A stretch of 64,000 nt of DNA from Octopus bimaculoides (Eukaryota). The position numbers were made by a program, and so were the translations under genes. Location: NCBI RefSeq assembly GCF_001194135.2, contig NC_068981.1, positions 4,408,965-4,472,964 on the forward strand. The letters run 5' to 3'. Shown here piece after piece: positions 53,826 through 64,000 of the stretch (the stretch's first letter is position 1; every line of letters starts with the position of its first letter). The notes under the pieces are model-generated. The model did no database searches and was not told the DNA's origin. It saw only the letters and a list, made by a program, of their open reading frames with translations.

Positions 53826-55322
53826 TTCTTTTGTCCCTCTACCATGCCACCTAACCCCCCCCCACCTCATTTTGCATCCTCCCTTTCCCCCTCACTTCTT
53901 CCACTCCATGATTCCTGTCTTTTCTTTCACCCACTGACTCCCTCCCCAACTCCTCTCTGATCATCCTCTCTCTTACCTTCTTACCTGGGAGGGGTTTTTT
54001 CTACTCTTTCCTTCATTGCTCTTGCTGCAATCACCCATTATTCCCCAACCCCACATCTTGTTTTATCATACTGGTTTCTCCACCTCCTTAATACCTGTCT
54101 CTCATCTCCCCACTCTGGCCTGGGTCCAGGATCCCCACCACCACATCTTCCTTCCTTTTAATGATTCTCTCCAGACATCTTGCAACTCTTGTTTATTTTC
54201 TTCCCTTTCTTGTTCCTTTTCCCTTACACCAGTCTACACTTACCCTTACAATGTAGGATAGCACTGCACTCAGGGCCAAATGAAGACCCACAGAAGCCCT
54301 AAGCACTTTTGATTTTGGTGTCCCCATATATTAATATGTAATTCAAAATCTAAACAACAATAAACCATAAAATAAATTTCTATTTTTCAAAATGCAACAA
54401 AACTATCAGCAAAATGGAAGATGATGTTTATTTTTGTAATACTTCCACCTTTTTTATTATATTTGAAAAGTTTTCTCCTACTTTTTTTCATCGCAAAGTC
54501 TTCGATTAGATCTTCACTATGACATCATGACCACTTCGAAATTATATTTCCAATCTTATAAACCACTTCAAATATCAAGTTTAACACGTTTAAAGCGATT
54601 TCTTTTGTACTGTAAACCATTTACCATTTCTGTGGTGCCCCACCACCACCACTAGCCTTGATTCCCTAAGCACATGCTTATTTGGCTGAATAGTTAATCC
54701 AGTGCTCATTGCCTCTACTTGATCCATCTCATCACCTCCCCACTCTGTCCCTCCCTTTCTCACTAAACCCATCCCTTCCTTTTCCCTTCCAGACTCCCTC
54801 CTACTAACACTCTGCTTTATTATCATCTCCACTCCCACCACACTCCCAACTATTAATCTATTCCTCTCATCATACTTTATTCTCTCTCATCGCTAAAATC
54901 ATTCAACTGTCTCTTTTATTCTCCTTCTATTTAGGCCCTTACTCTTGCACGTTGCATGGTGACTTCATGCTGCTTGTACCACGAACATAGCACCCAGTCC
55001 ACACTGCGAAAGCAGACTTGGGAGCAAGATGTAGTCTTCAGACCCGTTGGATCCTGTCAGACAGTTGGATCCTATGCCAGCATGGTAGATGGGTGTTAAA
55101 AGAAGATGATGATGACGATGTTGAGACAAACATAAACACACACCTCACGTGCGTTCTTAAGATTAATAACATCAAATCAATTACAGTAATAAATACCTCT
55201 TATAACGTCTGGTATCCGTTAAAGCATTATATAGTCACTCGTGTATAAACACACAAATGGGTGAACAAATGAAAAGTAGCACTCAATACATTTACAGCTT
55301 TAATATTTAATAACTCCACATT

Positions 55323-55363
<41 letters not shown>

Positions 55364-55457
55364 GTGAAGGTAATGAATACGTACACCTGGTGGTTAGGGT
55401 TTCGGGTTAGGGCTTTTGTTACGCCGAAAACCGGTGGTGTACGTATTCTTTACCTCC

Positions 55458-55531
<74 letters not shown>

Positions 55532-55792
55532 TAAGATATTAAAAATTCAATTCACGTACATAAACACACGTTTGTCACGATATATAAAAAGCTACAATTA
55601 AAGTTCCTGTAGAAAAGAGAGAGAAAGATTTCAGAAATTTTAACACGGTTTTTCTGACTAATTCTGGTCGAAAGAAGGAGAGAGAAAGAAAAACGAGTTC
55701 AACAAGTTAACAACTGGTTACTAATGAAGTCATAAAATGAATTGATAAAGACACATACATATAGGTACTTACACACACACATACACGGCAGA

Positions 55793-55832
55793 CTGACGAA
55801 GGCAAGCAAGCCGAAACTTCTAAGTCACTATC
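55793..55832 (+). ncRNA. Hammerhead-like core with broken helix I (fourth family)
   Basis: CTGACGA-A-GGC/GCC-GAAA-CTT.CT.AAG-TC; helix I does not pair. Confidence 0.35.
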
Positions 55833-56374
55833 AACCATTTCTTTGTAAAAATTTAAGAAGCATATATCCTACTAAAGTATTGAGTAAGCTTTCGGGTTTT
55901 TAGATGGAACTTGTCATAAAAACAATATACACATACATACGAAGACGCGCGCGCACTAAGTCCGTTGCCTGTAAGTTCGAAGTATCAAAATTAAACATTT
56001 AAACAAGTTGCAACAATTTAATGATTTCTATTTGGGTAATACAACTTCAATGAACCCGCGTTAAAAATTAAAATCAATTTATTTTCTTTCTTTTATAATA
56101 AAAGGGCATCTTTTAGCTTGAAAAATTCGTTTTGAAGTAAATCTGTTCAGGAAATCGTTAATTTTAATCGTTGATGAATGAATGAAAATTAAGTCTTTGA
56201 TATGACTCTTCTTGCATCGGCACAACTTCCTCGTATTTACAGAAGCATGAGTGTTCATCCTTCATGCCTTTCCTTCCCACATCCCACTCGATGGTTTAGC
56301 CACATAAACGCAGTGAGACGTTTTCAAGCTGCAATTAAAACCGGGTTGACGGTTTCGATTCACAGAGAACGTAC

Positions 56375-56395
56375 CTCACTAATTCGCTTCAACAT
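56375..56395 (-). CDS. Possible alternative first exon or micro-exon (MLKRISE), phase-0 donor
   Basis: ATG TTG AAG CGA ATT AGT GAG|GTACGT; same strand and phase as the 58.3-kb exon. A CAG immediately upstream would give a 24-nt cassette QMLKRISE. Confidence 0.3.
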
Positions 56396-58291
56396 TTGCT
56401 GTGTATTTTGTAAGGTGTAGAAAGGTTAAGGAACAGAAGGGGTCTGGTGTCGATAATTTTGAGTAGTTTTGTAAGCGAAAGAAGGCAAACACAAAGGAGG
56501 ACGAGAAAGAGAGAGAGAAGCTATATAGATTAGAATGCCGACTGCTTTGCACTGTAAATAAGAGAGTTGGCAGTGAAATAGTGGTGGCACCAGTCACACA
56601 CAACCAACTAAGACACAAATAGCAAAGATATTCTTTAAAAATAAATTCTAACACATACACACTGTAGGTATGGACGAGTGTGCACGCATGTATGTATTTA
56701 TGTCTATCTGACTGCATGTATGTATTTATTCGCTTGTGTGTGTGTGTGTAACCAAAACAGTTTTAACGGTGTTGAGTGGGATACAATATAGAAGAGAGAT
56801 TCCAAGAACGCGAAAATAAGGTTTCTTAAATGTTTTTCTACATCTCACGAGTAATTTGGGAGTATTGTGTGTGTGTGTGTGATAGCAGGTAGGATCACTT
56901 TATTCGAATAACCCAAAATGTGGTGAAAGAACACTGCTACTCAGGTGCAATTCCATCATGGTTTACCGTTTTATAGTTTCTCCCTCAACACACACACATA
57001 CACAAAATGTACGAATATATTATAAACCTTACAAAAACCCTTCTTTTTTTCATACCATATCTGTGTGTGTGTGTGTGGAGAGAGAGAGAGAGAGATGTGC
57101 GTGTGTATGTTTATATATGTGTGTGTGTGTATGTACATAAATGCTTATATGTGTATCTGTCTGTGTGTGAACGAAATGGTAGGCCAGGCGGCAACGCTTC
57201 AACTAAAACTGGTTTAATAGAGGTTGCCAAATACGAAATAACAAATAATAAAAAGAGTTGATAAAAACATTTACCATTCTATAACGAATTAGTAAGGCAA
57301 ATCTATGAAAAGTTCACCAAAAAGTACGGTAAAATAAGAGATATATGTGGCATATAAGGACAGAAGTGTTAATTATAAGGTGTGTGTGTGTGTGACCTTA
57401 CCTGTGCACACAACCATAGGGTTTTTTTATAAAATGGGACAGGTTACCTAATGAGCATTGATTGACGAGATAAAAACAATCATTAATAAATGGTTTCATT
57501 TTTAAGTTGATCTAATTAATATGTTGAAAACCTAGGTGGAAGTAGATTATATTTTGGAAGGCTTTCTTGTGTAATCTTACACCATTTTGAGTTGCTGCTG
57601 TTGTGTGAACCGGGAGGGATGCTGCATCGATAACACTCCACCAATATTTACAATGTGCTCCGATATAATTTGGTAATAAGATATCAAGTTAAAATCTGGA
57701 ATATCTAAGGTTTCCAGATATATAATTGGTTGTATGTGAATAATTAACGATGGTGATTTATTTTGTCGTTTTATAAACCCGGGTAAAATTAAAAAACAAT
57801 TATAACAGAAATTGAGTGAATTTAACACACATGAAAATATTTAAAATTGGTTCCAGACATCTCGTTAGAGATTAAAAAGTAAAAGAAATATTAAATATTT
57901 TGAGAAAACCGATCTTTCTTGGTATCAGGAAAGAAGATCGTTTCGTTTATTTATCGGAAAGGTAAAGAGAAACTGCAATTCCAGCGCAATTTCAAGGCAA
58001 ACACATCCTCGACAGGAGCCAACACGGAACGAACCCTCAACCTCCTGCTAACAGCTCTTCCACACCACAAAACTATAAGCTGGTCAGATACTCGACACAT
58101 TCCCTGAGGACTTGATTAAAGTATACGTTAAATTCAGATAAATACACACAAATCTATCTCCATGTCCAATAAAAGCGTGAGATGACAATAGAGAATGAAT
58201 CTATTTCGAGCTGCACATACTAATGGCGTCGATGTGACGTTAAGGTGACAAGGTCGGGCTTGGAAGAGCGCAATAAGAGGCAAATGCTTAC

Positions 58292-58402
58292 CTTGACTTT
58301 AGCGTCTGGTCCCGCCGTAATGCCAGTCTTTTCTTTGATTTTCTTAATACAATCAGTATCATCGTTATTCACATAAGTAATTTTACCTTCTTGTCCAGCC
58401 AT
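58292..58402 (-). CDS. First coding exon of an unidentified minus-strand gene (MAGQEGKITYVNNDDTDCIKKIKEKTGITAGPDAKVK), phase-0 donor
   Basis: ATG in good context (gtggaacATGG), 37 open codons of normal composition, ending at a consensus donor AAG|GTAAGC; unique sequence in a CpG-rich region. Product not recognised. Confidence 0.7.
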
Positions 58403-59269
58403 GTTCCACTTGTTTCAAAAAAAGTTAAATGGGCACAGACGAAATTTTCTTCCGCGGATCTATTGTGGACCTAAAAGTAGTTCCACGAAAAATCTCACCA
58501 CATTTACGAATAAATGCTTTCAGAATTTTGTCTAATTATCAAAACAAAGTTGTTTTTATAAAGAAAAAAGCGTCTCTTAGGAAATATTTATGTTTTTAAA
58601 TCGATTTTTACCATGGAATGTATGAATTATGAGTAATGTATTAGTGCGCTGATCAGAGATGTATTCATTCGCATTACATTTCACTATATAGAATGTATGT
58701 GCGTGTCGGTGATGAAGCGTTGTGCGCCTTGAGCAGACGGCACTCAGTCCACACACACACACGCTGCTACTATTAACAAACTACAAACATGCTCTCACTC
58801 TTTGCACTGATTCTATACTTTCTAATCCCTTAGGAATATAAAATATCATTTTATTTTATTATACAGTCATATTGACAATTTAATAAACAAAATCAATTCC
58901 TATTTATTATTTCTAATAGGTTATGAGCAAACGCGATTGTGACCAAAGCCAGAGTAACAATTTGACGATGAACAGAGGAAGACCATGCTTTCTCGGCTTC
59001 TGAAGCAAAGACAGAGCCGTTATCATTACAATTAATAATAATAATCGCTAACATTACAGCGTTTAATGTCATTTCTGCTCTTAGATTCATTCTATTTCGT
59101 GCAGCTTAGTGAACTGTTTCTGTTTCACTATATCTACGGGAGAGGCGACAAATGTAGTTATCATTATAGATTTACAGCGAGGAAACTGAAAGTGAAAATA
59201 AGAACGTGATTGTGTGAGTTGTATTAAAAAGCGGAATGCATTTTTTTTTTAATATTGGAACTAATACCT

Positions 59270-59670
59270 AAACAAATAATTAAAACTTCGTTTACAACCG
59301 AACACCTTATAAAGCACACCATTTAAAAAAAACTAGTGTACAGATAAAAGTTTGTTATAATTAACACCCTAAGTACACTATTTTTTATTAATATTTACAC
59401 ATTTAAACATAATTAAAACACTCTGGAAAGTACACCATTTTAAAAAACTAATATACAAATATAATAATTAAAAGTTCATTATAATTAAGGCCCAATAACG
59501 TATACCCTGCTTCTTAAGACAAATACACCAAAAGATGATGATTAGATGTTTGTTACAATTAACAGCCAATAAACTACACCAATTCTTAAGAACTAATACA
59601 CAAACAGTTAATAATTAAAAGTTTGTTACAATTAACACCATTTAAAGTAGACCATTTTTTGAAACTGAAA
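59270..59670. repeat. Degenerate AT-rich tandem repeat
   Basis: Recurring ataattaaaagtttgttacaattaacacc and aagtacaccatttt motifs, about five copies. Confidence 0.6.
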
Positions 59671-61264
59671 TCGTTTTAAATAATAAAAAAATTAACTAAA
59701 TTTCTAAAGAACCTCTCCATATTTTTTACTTCAATTTGTATTTAATACAAAATATTTAAATCAGCATTGACTGTTTATCGTGGAGAGATAATGTTAATTT
59801 AAACATATTTGGGCAATCACTGGTGGTCATTAAATATTTTCTTAAATGACACTCTTTGTGTGTGTATGTATGTGCGTGCAAGAGAGAGAGAGATTATCAT
59901 TTTAACGTTTACTTTTCTATGCTTGCATGGGTCAGACATGATTTATTGAGGCACAATTTTCTATAGCTGTATCCCCTTCCTGTCACCGACCCTCACTTGT
60001 CTCCAACCATGGCCAGGTATATTTTCATGGAAGTTTTGAAACAAAGGACACTGCTTGTACAACAGTGACACCTGTTTGCAAGAATGTTAAGAAAAGAAGA
60101 CAATAACACACACACACACACACACACCTATTGCTGTCTACCTATCTGTCTGTCTCTCTCTATATACATACATATATATCACAGACTTTTTCCAGTGTGT
60201 GTGTGTGAGTGTGGATGTGTGTATGAGCGTGTGAGTGTGTGTGTGTGTGAATGTGTGTGAATCTGTGAGCAAGTGCGGGTTTGTGGCTGTGTGTGTGTGT
60301 GTGTGTGCGCATGAGCACACATGTGTGAGTGCATTACTGTGTCCTTCTCTTGACATTGCATGATGATTGTAAATGAATGTCACCATCATCTAAGTAGTAT
60401 TCTTTATTTCCGTTCCTTCCATGGAAACATGTCTGGACAGGGAAATCTTACCTTACTTAGAAACAAGTGAAGGTTGGCAACTGGAAAGGCATCCGGCCAT
60501 AGAAAATCTGCCTCAACAGATTCCATCCAGCTCAGACAAGCAGGGAAAAGAGGGTATTAAAATGATGATAGTGATGATGATAAATATGTATAAAAAGAGA
60601 AAGACAGCACTGATTATTAAAATATTTAACGGCTGTTTTGAAATGGGTCCTACTTTTCCCATTTGACCTGAAAGCTAGCTTTCATCAGCCATTACAGATA
60701 TACATATGTGCATATATACGTGCATATATACATACATACACACACACGTGTATTCATGCATACCACCACTCATATATACCTAGAGACATAGATAAAGGTA
60801 TGGACATAGTTATGGAAATGGAGTTATTGCCCTTCATATTCTCTGAGCCATCAGTGAGCACAGCAATGCGAATAGGAACTGGCTCAGTCTGTGATGACCC
60901 ATTCAAGTCATGCCAACATGGACAAGCAGATGGGAAAGTGATTACAATAGTGATAATGATGTATGTATGTATTATGTATGTGTGTGTGTGTGCATGTCAC
61001 TTGATTGACTAGATCATTGGATGTTATACAACACTGGTCACAATGCTCTTTGTATCATTTTAGCTTTCGAATGATGCTACCCAACTGGCTAGGCAAGCAG
61101 GGCAACATTACCCTTGGTAGGAAGGCTAATCTGTGACGGAGTTAACCATTTGCAGCTGAATGGACAGGAGCAGCATAAAATGAAGTGCTTTGCTCAAAAC
61201 CACAACACGCAACTTGCTCCCGGAATCAAATCCATATGTATATACATACACATATGTATGTGTG

Positions 61265-61298
<34 letters not shown>

Positions 61299-61356
61299 GG
61301 AATGTGAATCTCCAAGTAACAGTCTTTTGTTATATTTCTGCTGCTTTTAAATAAAG

Positions 61357-61387
<31 letters not shown>

Positions 61388-62269
61388 ATAATATAGATTT
61401 AATCAAAAGATTAAATGTGGTACTTAAAATGTTTGAGGCACCAGAATTTGGTAGGGTAAAAACCAAAAACAAAATCAAGAGATTTGGTGAATAAAATTTG
61501 AAGTTAAGCAACAAAAATTCAATAGGTTATAGCAGTACATACGTTTCGTACAAGCTCCATTTATNNNNNNNNNNNNNNNNNNNNNNNNNNNNNNNNNNNN
61601 NNNNNNNNNNNNNNNNNNNNNNNNNNNNNNNNNNNNNNNNNNNNNNNNNNNNNNNNNNNNNNNNNNNNNNNNNNNNNNNNNNNNNNNNNNNNNNNNNNNN
61701 NNNNNNNNNNNNNNNNNNNNNNNNNNNNNNNNNNNNNNNNNNNNNNNNNNNNNNNNNNNNNNNNNNNNNNNNNNNNNNNNNNNNNNNNNNNNNNNNNNNN
61801 NNNNNNNNNNNNNNNNNNNNNNNNNNNNNNNNNNNNNNNNNNNNNNNNNNNNNNNNNNNNNNNNNNNNNNNNNNNNNNNNNNNNNNNNNNNNNNNNNNNN
61901 NNNNNNNNNNNNNNNNNNNNNNNNNNNNNNNNNNNNNNNNNNNNNNNNNNNNNNNNNNNNNNNNNNNNNNNNNNNNNNNNNNNNNNNNNNNNNNNNNNNN
62001 NNNNNNNNNNNNNNNNNNNNNNNNNNNNNNNNNNNNNNNNNNNNAAATTTTTAAAATATAAAATTTGTGGAGTGTTAAGGCTTCGAACGAACAAACAACA
62101 GAGTGGACATATAAAGTAAACAATCAATGAAGATGAACAATAAAGGCCTTTAGTCCAAGATGAATTGTGACGGGTAACACCTCGGAGAAATTTTTAAAGG
62201 AAATAGAAAAAATAGAGGAGAAGGAAATAGTAAAAAAGAAAAAAAATGTCGGGAGGCAAGAAAAATTAT

Positions 62270-62592
62270 GTCCAGCATAATACTTGGCTTGATGGGTCTT
62301 CTTCTGAAGCACAACATAATGCCAAAGGTCTCGGTCATTGCCTCCGTGAGGCCCAACAATGAAAAGCTCAGCCACTTTGCCTCCATGAAGCTCAACGCTG
62401 AAAAGGTGCTTTTTATATGCCACTTGCACGGGTGCCAGTTACCTGACACCAGCATCAGCCATGACTGCAATTTCACTTGGCTTCATGGGTCTTGTCAAGC
62501 ACAGCATATCACCAAATGTCTCAGTCACTAGTCATTGCCTCTGGGAGGCCCAAAGTTTGGAGACCATGCTTCACCACCTCATCCCATGTTTT
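62270..62592 (-). mobile_element. RTE ORF C-terminus/3'UTR fragment
   Basis: RPRKTWDEVVKHGLQTLGLPEAMTSD; partial tandem duplication; followed by a plus-strand tail 62640-62815. Confidence 0.8.
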
Positions 62593-62892
62593 CCTGGGTC
62601 TATATATATACATACATACATTTATATATACATGTTGGCATATTAAAGCATCCATTACACTCTCAGAGTAGTTGGTGTTGGGAAAGGTATCCAGCCGTAG
62701 AAACCATACCAAATCAGACTGGAATCTAGTGCAGCCCCTCAGCTTACCAGCCTTGGTCAAACTCTTGAGCCCATGCCAGTATGGACAATGGATGTTAAAT
62801 AATGATGATGATGACATACATATAGATATATACGCAAACATACTTATGTATGTAAGTATATATGCATGTATATATATACACACACACATTTC

Positions 62893-62933
62893 CTGAAGAC
62901 TGTGTCCCCACAGGCAGAACTCTGAGTAGCAAG
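62893..62933 (+). ncRNA. Second degenerate copy of the 39.4-kb hammerhead-like family
   Basis: CTGAAGA-CTGTG/CACAG-gca-GAA-CTCTGAG-TA-GCAAG; flank homologous to 39.4 kb until ~62990. Confidence 0.45.
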
Positions 62934-63164
62934 TGACTGACTCAACCAAAATAGAAATATTAATCTCTACTACAATATTGAGTACTCTTTTTTTTCTAAC
63001 AGTCAGCACTAAACACACACATATACATATCTATATAAGTGTGTGTGTGTGTGCATGCATGTGTGCATGTGTATGTCTGTGCATGTGTGTGCATGTATGT
63101 GTGAATGTGTGTGTACATGTATGTGTGCATGTATGTGCTTGTGTGTGTGTCAGTGTGCACATGA

Positions 63165-63200
<36 letters not shown>

Positions 63201-63789
63201 ACACACATGTATATACACACACACATGCATACACACAAGCTCATTCTCAAAGAAACAAAGTTATTTATTCAATATCAATGCTAACAGAAATATCTAAGTG
63301 GCATTTATAGCTCAGAACTGAACTGAACCAATAATTTTTCAATTATTGATCAGATACTCTTCCGTTTATTGCAACACAAATCTGTGTGAAGAGTTTACTT
63401 AATGCACACAGTAACACTGTTTTACACTTTAAAACACACACACACAAGTACAGATAGAGAGACAGATGGATCACTTGCACACACACATTCTCTCTCTCTC
63501 TCTCTCTCTCATACACACTAAAGTATCTAAGTTCTAAAGGAGAAATATTTCATCAATAACCTCTGCAAATGCTTCACTCCCTTTGAAATTTTCTGTTTTA
63601 TGTCAAGCATCATGTTTGGAATATATATTTTAAATCTTTATCTTACATTCTAATTGGAGAAAACAAGAATAATTATTGAAACAAATGTAATTATATGTTA
63701 AATTAAAATATTCATTTCAGAATCATTTTACAATAATTCATTTATTTTTGGTCATTAAACATATCTGTTTTCAAGCAAAAGGGACTTAT

Positions 63790-64000
63790 ATCATCATCAT
63801 CATCATCATCATCATCGTTTAACGTCCGCTTTCCATGCTAGCATGGGTTGGACGATTTGACTGAGGACTGGTGAAACCGGATGGCAACACCAGGCTCCAG
63901 TCTAATTTGGCAGAGTTTCTACAGCTGGATGCCCTTCCTAACGCCAACCACTCAGAGAGTGTAGTGGGTACTTTTACGTGTCACCCGCACGAAAACGGCC
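63790..64000 (-). mobile_element. Young RTE 3' end, runs off the window
   Basis: Two differences seen versus 27850-28036. Confidence 0.9.

Larger units (their letters stand above)
55350..59250. promoter_or_regulatory. CpG-rich, repeat-poor region around the putative first exon(s); likely promoter/5' end
   Basis: CG dinucleotides visibly frequent (e.g. gacgcgcgcgc ~55945, ccgcgg ~58452) versus depleted elsewhere; SINEs absent. Judged by eye, not counted. Confidence 0.5.

Noticed and set aside
55390-55413. TTAGGG-like hexamers as an interstitial telomere
   Set aside because: Only 2-3 imperfect units (also at ~8970).
58292-58402. Assigning a gene name (hexokinase or UPRT considered)
   Set aside because: No catalytic-domain exons found in the window; the resemblance is architectural only.
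1158-62127. Long ORFs containing X runs
   Set aside because: They are translations of N gaps (1521-2477, 6353-6776, 28060-28502, 50411-50955, 61565-62044 and others).
62933-63310. CV/HT/IY-rich ORFs here and elsewhere
   Set aside because: Translations of (CA)n/(TA)n microsatellites.

Overview
Repeat-dense, AT-rich animal DNA with 11 N-gaps. The repeat families and abundant (TA)n/(CA)n/(GAT)n microsatellites suggest an octopus (inference from recognised repeats). Most of the window is tRNA-derived SINEs, 5'-truncated RTE LINE ends (some near-identical, so young), small DNA-transposon-like elements, foldbacks and a ~51-bp minisatellite. Almost all ORFs in the supplied track are gap, microsatellite or repeat artefacts. 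Protein-coding signal is limited to two items. One is a clean first coding exon on the minus strand (58402-58292) in a CpG-rich region, with a possible alternative first exon; no downstream exons were identified, so most of the window may be one long intron. The other is an orphan, 5'-truncated WDR36/UTP21 exon at 36833-36981 (+). The most interesting signal is a set of hammerhead-ribozyme-like motifs from four unrelated sequence families (8.7, 30.8/31.0, 39.4/62.9 and 55.8 kb). All have a tiny palindromic or near-palindromic helix III, as described for dimeric hammerheads of Penelope-like elements. Two families occur as divergent inverted pairs and one sits at the tip of a long rod. All base-pairing was assigned by hand; no activity is shown. 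Repeat boundaries are approximate.
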